Assembly: GCA_032718475.1 (NCBI GenBank)
Contig: JAUCBJ010003176.1
Coordinates: 6,397 to 70,396, forward strand
Reading direction: 5' to 3'
DNA: 64,000 nt
From: Nemertoderma westbladi
Lineage: Eukaryota > Animalia > Xenacoelomorpha
Shown: positions 39,181 to 51,945 of the stretch, piece by piece
Numbering within the stretch: the stretch's first letter is position 1
Layout: the number at the start of each line of letters is the position of its first letter
Translations under genes and position numbers: made by a program
Notes under the pieces: model-generated
Told to the model about the DNA's origin: nothing
Database searches by the model: none
Seen by the model: the letters and a program-made list of their open reading frames with translations, nothing else

Positions 39181-41820
39181 TCAAGGTCCCTGAGGTTTAG
39201 GACTTAATTCTTCATGGAACAACTCACAGTAATCCTCAGTGTCTTTGAACAGAGCCACTTGGGTGTTGGAGTTGCACGGCTGTTTCTTGAAGGAACACAC
39301 GTTGAGATGGGATCCGGCGATGGCCGTATAAATATAGAAAACGTCCTGGAATTTGGGGTTCATTGTGCGGCTCTCCCATTTCGAAGAGTCGCTGTCTTCC
39401 AAATGCAGTACGCCCTCATCGGTGTGGATGGTATACACGTCGCTGAGTCCGAAATGGGTTGGTTGCACGTCGCTGGAGGCCTCGCAATGTCTGTCGGAGT
39501 TTGGGAGACGTTTAGTGTGAGAGTTCGATATGGAGACCAGACAGGTGACCCCAGCGTCTGTTTTTATGGTAGCGCACATATCATCTTTAGCTGCTATATT
39601 GGTGGTACTAGTAGATTCAACTGTAACACAAATATGGTACTTCTGGTTTGGTTGATATTTCGCATTAAAGTCAGCGATACGATATAAATAATGGTTCCTC
39701 TTCTCCGAAGCTTCAAACTTAACAACAGTTGGTTTTTCCAGAGTAGCGAAGTGGTGCAATGTAAAACGCTTTCCTTCTAAATCTTTGTCATTATTCGCTT
39801 TGAAGCTCAGAAAGTTGCCATGGAAACTGATAACTTTAATTGGGACAAATTGTGACTCTTTAACTTGTAGGCCTAACTGTATTGTTGACTGAACGCTCGA
39901 GGACTTAGCTCCCTTAGTAAGTCCCAGCAATGTTTCCGAATACGTAATGTTGTAGGAATACTCACCAGAATCTACTGGGAACTGCGGTTCAATATAAAGT
40001 ACGTCTCGCGTTTCATTACGAACTTTAATACGTCGACGTCTCTGACTTGGGATGGATGTATCGTTTACAATGACGCCGGATGGTAAAGTGAAGTTAAACT
40101 CTTGGGGAACCGGTAATTGAGGATATCGGGTCGCTGTAATTTCCATTCGCTTAGACTTGGAGGAATCGGGTTCGATGTGATTGTGAGACGCTGTTATTTT
40201 ATTAATTTTAGGTAAAGTGCATATCGCCTCCAGACCCCGGGACTCCTTCGTCTTGAACTTGTATTTAACAAATTCGTCGATTTGATGGACGAGAATTCCT
40301 TTTAGTTCCGGGGGTTCAGAACAGCGAGCCTTCAGAGCTAAGGATTTTTTCACAAACTTTTTGTATGCCGGGTAAAAGTTGCAGTCGCAGGTCAATGCAT
40401 TGTTGAATAATGTAAGAATGTAAATGTGTTTTAATACTTCTTCTGTTAAAAGTTTTTCTATGTTAACAGATGTTATTTTATTATTATTAAGATACAGCTC
40501 TGTAAGGGTTTCACCTTTAAATGCATTATCATCTATTGTGCTGATCTCATTGTGGCTGAGATCTAGGATCTTTAGGTTAGGGTAACCGTGAAACTGTTTT
40601 GGATGTACCTTCTTTATTAAATTGTGAGCCAAATGAAGGAACCTCAGCTCGGGATACGATGACGTGGTTGGTGCGTTTAAACTGATCTTATTTTTTGTGC
40701 AGTTGAGGCTGCGGAGATTATCTAATTTAACTGAACTATCAAGATAACTCGTCAACTCGTTATTAGAGAAATCCAGAACCGTTAGTTGTGGATTAGTTTT
40801 CATAAACGCTACTGGTAGAGATTTCATACCAGCACTATTGTAACTTACAGTCCATATTTGATGGGAAGCTGTAGTCTTCAAAAAATCGCCTTCACTTTGT
40901 AAGCCGTTCAAACGATAAGTTTTAATCTGAGCGCCAAAATTTTCATTCATCTTTTCTGATACTTTATAAGCCGTCCAGGACAGATCTACAATATTGAGCT
41001 TGGGGAGATCACCCGTGGCTTTACCAATAGCTCCATGGATAACTGACGAATCTAACTTTTTATTTCCCCTTAGAACGATATCTCGAATACCTTTAGTGTA
41101 ATCATCACGTGGATCCCTCAAACAATTACTTTCCAGCTCCTCAATCTCCATAAATGGAAGATTCAATTCTATAACAGGCATCATTGAGGTCGTGTGATCC
41201 TTTGTAAGTCGTCGTTTATCTTTTGCCAATGTGTTGTAACCAGCTTTTAGAACCAATTTACCAGCGTTTCCAGATTTGTGTTTGTAGCCCTTAAATCCAC
41301 GAGATATCTGATAGAAGTCATTGATTTGGTTGTGATCTAAATACAGGATAAACAGCCTAGGGGTGGCAGGAGTGAAGGAACCCGGTTCAATAGAGTGAAT
41401 GGAATTACCTGTCAGGTGCAGAAAATATAACTTCGGCATGGAAGTAAACCAAGTCGATTTAACTTTAGAAATCGTGTTGTACGAGAGATCCAATTCTTCT
41501 AAATTCTGTAGACTAGAAGCGGCTAAAGTGGGATTGAATTCTTTTAAAGAACTCCGAGTGATTTTGAGCACAATGAGAGTATTCTTTCCAACGGTTTCGT
41601 CGTCAGATAGATGCGTTATAACGGTGTTGGTGAGTTTGATGACTATAACAGTGTCACTTAAACCCAACGGGAACTCAGCAATATGTCTTCCCTCTTGCCC
41701 ATCGCATTCAACCATATCAGTTATACAGGTGTCCTTGCAGAATCGACTTAAACAGGTGTACGTAGCATCCACAGATATAAGTAGGCAATAAGCCAGCAGT
41801 GTATGCAGTATTTTTGACAT
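39181..41820 (-). CDS. Intronless secreted leucine-rich-repeat protein (signal peptide, LRRNT, LRRs, LRRCT, Ig-like, FN3-like, extra C-terminal domain), 879 aa from ATG 41820
   Basis: MSKILHTLLAYCLLISVDA signal-like start; LxxLxLxxNxI repeats; NALTCDCNF...CSEPPELKG cap; DSGEY Ig motif; QPNQKYHICV FN3-like motif; uninterrupted 2.6-kb non-repetitive ORF. Confidence 0.88.
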   Translation of the reverse strand: MSKILHTLLAYCLLISVDATYTCLSRFCKDTCITDMVECDGQEGRHIAEFPLGLSDTVIVIKLTNTVITHLSDDETVGKNTLIVLKITRSSLKEFNPTLAASSLQNLEELDLSYNTISKVKSTWFTSMPKLYFLHLTGNSIHSIEPGSFTPATPRLFILYLDHNQINDFYQISRGFKGYKHKSGNAGKLVLKAGYNTLAKDKRRLTKDHTTSMMPVIELNLPFMEIEELESNCLRDPRDDYTKGIRDIVLRGNKKLDSSVIHGAIGKATGDLPKLNIVDLSWTAYKVSEKMNENFGAQIKTYRLNGLQSEGDFLKTTASHQIWTVSYNSAGMKSLPVAFMKTNPQLTVLDFSNNELTSYLDSSVKLDNLRSLNCTKNKISLNAPTTSSYPELRFLHLAHNLIKKVHPKQFHGYPNLKILDLSHNEISTIDDNAFKGETLTELYLNNNKITSVNIEKLLTEEVLKHIYILTLFNNALTCDCNFYPAYKKFVKKSLALKARCSEPPELKGILVHQIDEFVKYKFKTKESRGLEAICTLPKINKITASHNHIEPDSSKSKRMEITATRYPQLPVPQEFNFTLPSGVIVNDTSIPSQRRRRIKVRNETRDVLYIEPQFPVDSGEYSYNITYSETLLGLTKGAKSSSVQSTIQLGLQVKESQFVPIKVISFHGNFLSFKANNDKDLEGKRFTLHHFATLEKPTVVKFEASEKRNHYLYRIADFNAKYQPNQKYHICVTVESTSTTNIAAKDDMCATIKTDAGVTCLVSISNSHTKRLPNSDRHCEASSDVQPTHFGLSDVYTIHTDEGVLHLEDSDSSKWESRTMNPKFQDVFYIYTAIAGSHLNVCSFKKQPCNSNTQVALFKDTEDYCELFHEELSPKPQGP

Positions 41821-41895
41821 TATAAACTTCAAAGGTTATATAGGCCGACACCATATAGATAATCGAACTTTCGAAATATATTTACAGTTTAGGTA

Positions 41896-41901
41896 TTTAT
41901 A
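41896..41901 (-). promoter_or_regulatory. Candidate TATA box of the LRR gene
   Basis: CTATAAATA on the minus strand about 75 bp upstream of the ATG. Confidence 0.45.
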
Positions 41902-43749
41902 GTGGTTAGGTCCTGGCGTATTAATTAGGTCCTATCTAGCAGCTATTTTTAACATAACAATAAATGAAAATAAAAACATAAGTTATTGCAATTTAAATTT
42001 TGATCCTGATGTCTAAGTGTAACCGTAGCGGTAATTCAACAAAATTAAATGTATCGATCCGGCCTTTAGGCTCATAATGCGCGAGGACCTAAAGCTACAT
42101 TACACTTACACCTTACATTATACATTGCCCGTAAGGGAAACAGGGACACCACTTCAAGCATTAGTATAGTCATAGTCTAGGTAGCAAATTTTTTATAATA
42201 TGGTTTCTAAAGTTGTCTTTGTGTGCTTCATGTATTGTATTGTACTTTATTAAAGTTCTCGAACATTTTTCAGATATTTTTTATGGAATATCATTATATT
42301 CCAGTAGCACATCATTTATTATGTTAGATGGATGGTACTGGTCTGGTAGTACAGTACGTGTGGACTAATTCCCTTACAAATGGCTACCGGTAATAGGACA
42401 GCGGTAGGGCCAGGGGTGAAAATCCCCGAATAATCTACTGCAGCAAAGAATCTTTGTAAAACTGAATTTATCAAGAAGGACTACCGGTACAGCACTAAAA
42501 TTCTAAAAGCCGAATATAAATTACGTTGAACATTATAATGCTAGAGCAACCAAAAGTCAAAAACCTAATTTATTCAATTCAAACAATGGAATGTTCATGA
42601 ATGTTTATATGTGTTGTCACGGAAACGCCATGAAGCTTCTGTAGGGAATTTTTTGTGTCAGTGCATGTAAATAACTTGCTCCACGTAGAGGACCGTTTTA
42701 GCATCGAATTTGTGGGGATGGAGGGGCTGGGCTGATAATTTATTGAGTGTAACGTAAACAATTCCAATAATTACCAGTTATGAGTAGGGCCTTAGGGCCT
42801 ACTGCTTAGCATGCTTCAACGCGGTTTGGTGGTATCTGGTTCTACCAAATCTGGTACGTGAAATAACCTGGGCTATACGGGTAGCTTACATAGCTCTAGT
42901 ATTCATAAAGTGCTAAATATTCATAATCATTTAACTATATTTATTGTTACCTTATTGAGTTATTTTGCCGGTTAATTAACCCGCAGACAGGTGTTGGTGC
43001 CCGCGGGTTAAAATACCCGGGAAATGAACTCAACAATAGGCGAAGATGTTATACCGCTCCAGGGTAAAATCGACGCAAATAGGAATAGCATCTGATCACT
43101 CCCAAAAATACAACTGTAACCTGTAAAACTATTGATTTTCATTTATTACTTTGGTTAGAATAATGTGCCATTGTAACATATTAACAATAATTTAACATTG
43201 AGTCGACATATTAATTCACCGAGATGAGATCTGCGTCCAATTCCACTCCCCCACCCCCCCCCCCCCGTTTCTCTACAGGTATCGATATTTCCTGAATAAT
43301 TTATCTGGCCGTTGCGTTGGGTGGTCGAGGGTGCGTTTGGGGTGGGAGGGGGGGGGGGGGGGGGGGGACTTAAAAGTCGCGGTCCTGCTAAACTCCCCAA
43401 AGAACCCAAAAAAACCCCAAAAACCCAAGAGAATCCAATAGTACCCAAAAATATAACCCAAAAGAACCAAATACTGTAGACGTGTATAATGCAATTGGTT
43501 ATGCCAGATTTGTTCAACTCGACTGATTCAATAATCCCATAGCAACAAACCACGTGGTTTGGAGAGATATGAGATATTAATTTCAAGAAAATTACGCGAT
43601 TCCTAAATTTGTACACTACCCGGTTAAAAAGTACGCATGTGATGGGATTAGTCCTACAATGGCGCCAATAAAAGATACGTTATTTTCTCTCAACATCTCA
43701 ATATCATAGGATAGATAACCATCAATCGTCCGTAACTAGACCTCTTTAA

Positions 43750-46700
43750 AAAAACATGTGACTAAAAGAACCTCTCCAAGTACTCAATATATCAGACACA
43801 ATATTAACGAAGGACCAGATAAACTTGTTAAAAAGGGGCCTAACCTTTACTCCCACACCTAGAGACAATATGATAGAAGCAAAAGCAGATATACATAGAT
43901 TTGCAATGAAGTCAAATTTCCATGCTAATCTTAAAGTAAACTCTGTGAATTCCAATAATCAATCCCTCATATACGGGAAAACGAGATATTAATTATGTAA
44001 CCAGGGGAAACAACTCAACATTAGACGCGTGTTGATATGCTGTCATCTATTTCACCAGATTTAAACAAAATTAAAGACTTCAATCTAAGTATAAATGAAA
44101 GGAAATCTCTAAATGATTTGAGAATTAATGTCTAGTTTAGTTTAGTTTATTTCGCCACACATGTTAAAATACATAAATACAACAAACAATTATACCTGGC
44201 ATCAACTTATAAATACGCTACTGCGTGTTACACGGGATTGTTGCTAAATAATAATATACACGGGAAATAAAATTATTACACAATTATACAGTAGGTTTTC
44301 CACTGTTTAAAAAATTAAAATAAGTACAATTATTATTATTATTGCACTCAAAATACACCTAATGGTGTACATCATCAAAAAGATAATTAATTTCTCTTTT
44401 AGTTGAAAATATGATGAAATGAAAATTACAATTACACTCAAAATACGATATACAATAAAATCACGTAAAATAAAATAAAATAAATCAGTACTTTCAGTAC
44501 TTTGTACAGTCTGACCGTGTCAGTCTGCATCTTCACTTTGTGTATTAGTACCTTGTACCAATAAACGATTTACTTGTGGTACCGTGTACCATTTATTTGT
44601 TTGAATATTGCCCGTCTGACCGTGTCAGTCAACCTTTATTTGTGATAGCGGTACCGTGTACCGTCTGTACGGTGTACAGCTCAAGAATGGATTATTGGGG
44701 CATTTGAAATTCTGAAACACAGCGTTTGTAGGGTCCAATGAGATGAATGAATGTATGAGAACTTGGCATTCTTCCCAGCTGACAAAGGTGGTGCAATAGT
44801 AGTAATGAATACAACCGATTATGAAAAAATGGTAGATGTTCACTAATATGATTCTAAAACTTATGATAAAATTAATACATGCAAGGATACAGCTGTTCAT
44901 AAAGAAATTGGTACTCTTTGTAATAAGTATAAGGACAATTTGACTCCTACTGAATACAAACATATTACGAATGACCAGTACAAGTAAAGTCATATTTACG
45001 TTCTTCCAAAAATTCATAAATGTAGCGAATTAAAAGATAACGCTGATGAAATTAGAGATGGATACTTACATACTAAATTGTCAACAGACATTCCATCGAG
45101 ACCTATCATCTTAAGTGTAGACTCTCCCACATCCAAGTTGTCAGCTCTGATAGATGAGGTAATCAAGCCTATGGTACCTACTTTTCCTAGTTACATCAGA
45201 GACACTAAGCATTTTTCGAACACTTTACCCCAGAGCATAGATGAAAATGAAAATTTTGTCAGTTTTGATGTAACATCTCTTTATACAAATATACCACACA
45301 ATGAAGGAATCGCTGCATTAGCATATTGGCTAAACCAAAAACGTAATTTACTTCAAGAACGTTTTACCAACGATTTTATTATGGACGCCATCACCATTAT
45401 ACTTAAAAGTAATTATTTTGCACATATACATACAACGACTGGAAAGTATTATTTACAATTAGAAGGGACAGCCATGGGGACTAAATGCGCATCGAACTAT
45501 ACAAATTCATACATGGCGCATAAAGAAGTTATTATTGCGGAAAAAATATATACGGAGAATTGGAAAGCGAAAAATTCAAAAAGAACTGGAAAATATTGTT
45601 AGATGACTTTTTCACCAAATGGAATATAAACGGCCGATAACAGTAACAGGTCTACATGACTTAATAAACAGTATTAACCCAAATATCCAATTCACCATGG
45701 AACAAAGCCGAATGAAATTGCCATTTTTGGATGTTATGGTACATAGTCAACAACGCAAGTAGGATTGAGTGTGACATATTTCACAAACCGACTGACTCTA
45801 GGCGGTATCTTGATTACATATCTTGCCATCCTTCCCACATACTGCGTGACATTCCACCAAACCTTGCATGCAGGGTGTGTATGATTTGTAGACAACGAGA
45901 ACAAAAAATTCCAAAGATTATACGAATTTAATTTTAAGATTTATAAAATTGATCTGATTCGCTGCAACGATCCCATAGGACTAATTAATAGAGCAATTGA
46001 AGAAGCCTCTAGAAGACCCAAATCTGAATTACGGGGGGGGACAAACAAAGGCATCGAAAACCCATTTTTCCTTGTGTTATCACACACAACCCCAACATAA
46101 ATTGCCACATAAACATTAAATTGAAACCAATATTCAGAATAATGTCAGAAAAAACACCCAGGGGTTATAGTCTAAATGATAAACAAGTTATTATTGCCAG
46201 GAGACAACCACCGTCGCTAAGAACTACATTAAAAAGAAAACCCAAACCACAAGGATTACCTGGATCAAAGAAATGCGAAAATAAAAAAGGAACTTGCGAA
46301 ATTTGTGACGTCATAGGGGTAGTCACTGCAGTTAAATTCAAAAACTCAGAAGAACTTTTCACCATTCGGCACAGATTGAACTGCAACAGTACGAATGTAA
46401 TTTATGTAATGACGTAATGATGACGTAATGACGTGTGAAGGAAGCAAAGAGGATTATATTGGACAAACAATGAACTTTAGACATCGAACTAATCTACATA
46501 AAAACCACATACGTGACAGGAGCCAAAAACAAATGAAATGCAGCGAGCACATTAAAAATTGTCTGAGGGGAAAATTTACCATAACGCCTTTTTTTTAAAT
46601 GCCCATATGATGACTTGCCATTACTACTAACGTATGAAGACCATTTCATAAACTTATTTAAGCCTTCATTGAACTGTTAAAAAAGAGGGGTAATCCCCAA

Positions 46701-46890
46701 CCACCACTAATCTGAACCTCAACAATAGGAGCCCTAACAATATGTTCAACAAAGACATTCGATACAATGGAACTTTAACTACTTTACATAGATATTGGAA
46801 TTGGACACTCTCATGCTATAACTGTTATACACAGTAATTTGATGCCATTTAAAATATTTTACCGCTGAAAAGCTATTAGGGCGAAATGCA
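43750..46890 (+). mobile_element. Decayed Penelope-like retroelement (RT plus GIY-YIG endonuclease)
   Basis: LNISDTILT...LLKRGLTFTPTP, PADKGGAIVVMN, RPII, FDVTSLYTNIP, GTAMGT, HKPTDSRRYLDYISCHP, CNSTNVIYVMT...YIGQT; many frameshifts. Confidence 0.9.
44132..44762 (-). mobile_element. Secondary insertion inside the Penelope-like element, probably a LINE/SINE 3' end
   Basis: Separates ERKSLNDLRIN from PADKGG; minus strand ends in aataaactaaactaaacta, a short-repeat tail as in L2/CR1-type elements. Confidence 0.5.
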
Positions 46891-47150
46891 ATAGACTACT
46901 ACTTACCCCGACCTGTTCCACTACACTACGGCTCACATAGACCTGTTCCCCTACACTATTACTTACCCCGACCTGTTCCAATATACTACTACTTACCCCG
47001 ACCTGTTCCATTACACTACAACTCAACTAGACCGGTTTCACTATACAATTACTTTCCTCAACCTGTTCCACTACACTACAACTCACCAGAGCTGTTCCAC
47101 TACACTATTACTTACCCCAACCTGTTCCAATATACTACTACTTAACCCTA
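46891..47150. repeat. ~30-bp degenerate tandem repeat, block 1
   Basis: cctgttccactacactactacttaccccga-type units. Confidence 0.85.
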
Positions 47151-47364
47151 TCTTCTGGTGAGGCACTTTTGTCTTTTGCAGTTCTCTTTCATTAATTAAG
47201 TATTAAGTTATTCATTTTTTTTTTATGTGGGATGTATATTTAAAAACATTTTTTTTGTCTAAATTATTCAGAAATACGAAAATAATTATTTTTACCATGA
47301 AATTTAAGATCTTTTAATACTGTTTTATTATTGTATGAAAATTTTTGCATTTGTATTAAACTGA

Positions 47365-47826
47365 CATATATAAGGAGCTGAAAGAGTCCCGACTCAAACA
47401 GACTACAGCGGCCAAGAATGCAGTTAAGGCTGCATCTAGGTCCCTGAACAGGCAGTACTCTGTTAATCTACAGGAGCTAATAAACCAACAGGTTGATGCC
47501 ATCAATGATGCCAACGACAGCAGGCAATCATCCCAGGCATGGAGATCGATCAACTTGCTTGCTGGTCAAAAAAGCCAACCAACCACCAAGGTTAAGGCTG
47601 AATCACCAGCCGATTGCCTCAATGGTTGGAAGGCCCACTTTGAAAAGCTCCTCAATAATGACAGGGTCATGTCTGATAACTTTATAGAAGTAAAAGTGTC
47701 TGAGTCTGTACTCCCAGATATTCCCATTGGCGATATCTCCTTTGCAGAAGTGAAGGCTGCTGCAAAGAGCATTAAGACCAATCCTGCCAGTGGAGTAGAT
47801 GGTGTTCCCCATGAGGTCTTTAAAAG
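47365..47826 (+). mobile_element. RTE LINE fragment, same family as 30795-32175
   Basis: Near-identical HFEKLLNNDRV...ASGVDGVP segment; retains sequence deleted from the 31.3-kb copy. Confidence 0.88.
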
Positions 47827-48540
47827 TTCTACTACACTACAAGTCATCAGACCTGTTCCACTACACTATTGATTACCCCGACCTGTTCCAATAGACTACT
47901 ACTTACCCCGACCTGTTCCACTACACTACAATTCACCAGAGCTGTTTCACTACACTATTACTTACCCCGACCTGTTCCAATATAGTACTACTTACACCTA
48001 CCTGTTCCACTACACTACAACTCACCCAGACCGGTTCAACTATACTATTACTTACCCCCGCCTGTTCCACTACACTACAACTCACCTAGACCGGTTCCAC
48101 TACACTACTACTTATCCTGAGCTGTTCCACTACACTAGGACTCACCCTTACCTGTTCAAACTACACTATTACTTACCCCGACCTGTTCCACTATACTACA
48201 ACTCACCAGACCTGTTCCACTACACTATTACTTACCCCGACCTGTTCCATTACACTACAACTCAACTAGACCGGTTTCACTATACAATTACTTTCCTCAA
48301 CCTGTTCCACTACACTACAACTCACCAGACCTGTTCCACTACACTATTACTTTCCCCGACCTGTTCCACTACACTTCTACTTACCTCGACCTGTTTCGAT
48401 GCACTACAACTCACCCAGACCGGTTCCAATACACTACTACTTACCTCGACCTAGTCCACTACAGCATTACTTACCCGGACCTGTTCCACTACACTACGAC
48501 TAACATAGACCTGTTTCACTACACTATTACTTACCCGATC
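47827..48540. repeat. ~30-bp degenerate tandem repeat, block 2
   Basis: Same units as 46891-47150, alternating between two subtypes. Confidence 0.85.
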
Positions 48541-48544
48541 AGTA

Positions 48545-49229
48545 GATAGTATCATCTTGTTTCTTGCGTTATACGTGTTTATGAGGGTCCTGAATCCGAT
48601 GGAATTAATAAAAACAGCAATCATTCTTCTCAATCAAAATCTTGTAATTTTTGGTGATAGGTACGCAATTTGGTGCTAGTACCAAAATTTGCCATATTAC
48701 GCTTGAAAATACGAGTAGCAATGATCTGGCATATTATAAATGTATTCCATTAGAATCAGCGCCCTAGAAAACCTGAAAATGTGAATTTATAGCATCGCAT
48801 AAATGAATTAAAAATTTTGTGTTCTAACTGAAAACTGCTGGTTACTTGTTTTTTTTCATTTTTTTCTACGCAGAGAGGACTAAACAGCCATTTATAGTAA
48901 TAATATCATTTTTAAATATTTTCCAATGTATTTTGCGCCCCAGAAAATCTGTATTGATATACAGGTAGCCGAAAAATGTTACTTTCAAATTTTGTGAAAA
49001 TTGTGCACTACTTGTAATTTTGGTGCTGCAATATAACCACCCCAGTGCATTTTTTCGAAATTTTTTTTTTCCGGTCGGATCCAGATTCGTGATACCTACG
49101 TACAAACAAAAAACGTTTTACGTTCACGTTTTCTTAGAAATTTGTAGGTTTTAGAGGGGGGTGGGGGGTCAATATGACCCCCCCCAGTATTTGTACAACA
49201 CTTTATAGCCCGGTACTAATAGGGGTCAA
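48545..49229. mobile_element. Putative piggyBac-like non-autonomous element end
   Basis: Subterminal palindrome ggggggtcaatatgacccccc (about 49163-49186) and terminus ccggtactaataggggtcaa resembling GGG|TTAA; left boundary uncertain. Confidence 0.45.
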
Positions 49230-49279
49230 GGAATTAATTTCAAAGGGAAATAATTTTAAAAATTAATTTTTTTTACAGA

Positions 49280-49467
49280 ATGGATCTAGAACTAGAAGAA
49301 TTACATCCCGGAAGTTTGGCAGAACTTATAAGTCGGCGAACGTTGTTAGAGGAGACTTTCGTTGAGGCCGAAATAGTCAACATTGTTAATCCATTGAAAA
49401 ATGGTGCTTCTAAAAAGGGTGACTCTAAGAGAGCCAAAGTATCATACAACACTTTGGTATTCCTATT
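49280..49467 (+). CDS. Unknown four-exon gene, coding exon 1
   Basis: ATG 49280 (2 nt after a ttttacag acceptor), MDLELEELHPGSLAELI...TLVFL, donor tt|gtaagt, phase 2. Confidence 0.6.
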
Positions 49468-49974
49468 GTAAGTATTTAATAAATAATAGAATAGAAAAAG
49501 GTATTCATTCCTGTTGAACGTTATTTGTAATTAAAGCAACGAGTATAATATTATTTAACAAATTAAATAAGTGAAAAATAAATAATCAATGTTGATAAGA
49601 TGTAATTGAAAAGGTTAAAGGACTACCATTTTTAATCAGGAATATATTTAATTACTAGTCACTAAGAAACTTAAGGAAAGACTACTTTAATTTCAGTGTT
49701 TGAAAATATAAAGTATGTGAATTGTTTAAGATTTTTTATACAGAAAAGCTGTTATAATTAGAAATTTTTTGCGGTGTATGATTAAACTCATGCATTTAAT
49801 GTAATGCAGAGTTTTATATAAAAGTATGTCCAACTATATCCCCGGCATCATTACTGTCTATAAGTACATCCCAATAAGTTCCAGTCCTCCTCCCTCTCCT
49901 TCATATACAGCATGAGTATGTCCTACTGCAACCCTCCTCACACACAGACGAGGTATGTTCTACCTCTGGTCTTG

Positions 49975-50155
49975 GGACGTTAGTGCCTTCGAGACATTAG
50001 TGCATGCGGCCACTAATGTCTCTGTACCTTTAGTGCCCGCGGTCACTTAGTTGCGTTATCGTGGGCACTAATGTCCCATAGGACGTTCGAGCACGCGAGA
50101 CGTTAGTGCCTGCGAGACGTTAGTGCCCGCGAGTCTTTAGTGCCTGCGAGACGTA
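49975..50155. repeat. Short ~20-bp repeats gagacgttagtgcc in both orientations (transposon-terminus-like)
   Basis: Direct reading. Confidence 0.55.
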
Positions 50156-50286
50156 GGCACATTAATTTGTTTAACTTTACTGGAGACAGTGTATAATAAA
50201 AAAAACAAGGTGCAGTACTACAGTATAATCGTCCGAGGACGCACTAACTAATGTATTATATGTATATACTGTATATGTATATATGT

Positions 50287-51530
50287 ATAATGTTCTGTTG
50301 GAACACAATTACGTGTCTTATCGTGTCAATCATGTGATAGAACGCAATTAGGTGGGTCTGAACATAATGTTCTATTATAGAACACAATTATGTGGCTTTG
50401 AACGTAATGTTCTGTAAGAACACAGTTGTGTGGCTTTGAACATAATGTTCTTTTAGAACATAATTTTGTGGTTTTGAACATTATGTTGTTTTAGAACACA
50501 ATTACATTGATTTGAATATAATGTTCTGTTAGAACACAATTACGTTGATTTGAACATAATGTTGTGTTAGAACACAATTACGTTGATTTGAACATAATGT
50601 TGTGTTAGAAAACAATTACGTGGCTTTGAACATAATGTTCTGTTACAACACAATAAAGAGGCTTTGAACATAATGTTCTGTTAGAACACAATTACATGGC
50701 TTTGAACGTAATGTTCTGTTAGAAAACAATTACGTGACTTTGAACATAATGTTCTGTTACAACATAATTACGTGACTTTGAACATAATGTTCTGTTAGAA
50801 CACAATTACATGGCTTTGAACATAATATTGTTTTAGAACACAATTTCGAGGCTTTGAACATAATGTTCTGTTACAACATAATTACGTGGCTTTTAACATA
50901 ATGTTATGTTAGAACAAAAATATGTGGCTTTGAACGTAATTTGCTGTTGGAACAAAAATACGTGGCTTTGAATATAATATTGTTTTAGAACACAATTTCG
51001 AGGCTTTGAACATAATGTTCTGTTACAACATAATTACGTGACTTTGAACATAATGTTCTGTTAGAACACAATTACATGGCTTTGAACATAATATTGTTTT
51101 AGAACACAATTTCGAGGCTTTGAACATAATGTTCTGTTACAACATAATTACGTGGCTTTTAACATAATGTTTTGTTAGAACACAATTTCGTCGCTTTGAA
51201 CATAATGTTATATTAGAACATAATTTCGTGGCTTTGGACATTATGTTGTGTTATAACACAATTACATTGATTTGAATATAATCTACTGTTCGAAAACAAT
51301 TACGTGGCTTTGAACATAATGTTCTGTTACAACACAATAAAGTGGCTTTGAACATAATGTTTTGTTAGAACACAATTACATGGCTTTGAACGTAATGTTC
51401 AGTTAGAACACGATTACGTTGATTTCAACATAATGTTATGTTAGAACATAATTACGTGGCTTTGAACATAATGTTCTGTTAGAACAAAATTACGTAGAAA
51501 AAAATACGTGGCTTTGAACATAATGTTCTG
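50287..51530. repeat. Degenerate 38-bp tandem repeat, intronic
   Basis: Unit tgaacataatgttctgttagaacacaattacgtggctt. Confidence 0.9.
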
Positions 51531-51668
51531 ATTTGGTTTTATATTAGACGTGTGGTGATGTTTCATGATTTTCATTTTCGGTATTGCATTGTGTACATTA
51601 TCAGGGAATTATTTTATTTATATTTGAATACTATTTGTGTGTTATTATAAATATTATATTTATTGCAG

Positions 51669-51945
51669 AGACATTGTCACAGGCTCGTTGTTCTGTGTCT
51701 TTAATAAAGGGCACAAAGAGACTCTTACTTTCTTCAATAAGAGTGTGGGGGTAGGCGATTTGGTTCGCATTATAGAACCAGCACACCGCGGGGAGTTATT
51801 TGGGGGGACTCCCATTGTCGTCATAGAAGAGTCTCCAATAAAAATTCATGTATTGAGTGTACCACGGAAACTCATCCAGATGAAGCCTATTACGGATACA
51901 ATGGAGCCCTTTTCCATTGTAATGAACGACTTGCAACTTCAAGGA
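51669..51945 (+). CDS. Unknown four-exon gene, exon 2
   Basis: ttgcag|A GAC...GGA|gtaagt; phase matches exon 1; DIVTGSLFCVF...VGVGDLVRIIEP...LQLQG. Confidence 0.65.

Noticed and set aside
32489-43367. Poly-G/poly-C tracts near 32490, 32860, 38640, 43250 and 43350 as regulatory G-quadruplexes
   Set aside because: Simple homopolymers of unreliable length with no supporting context.
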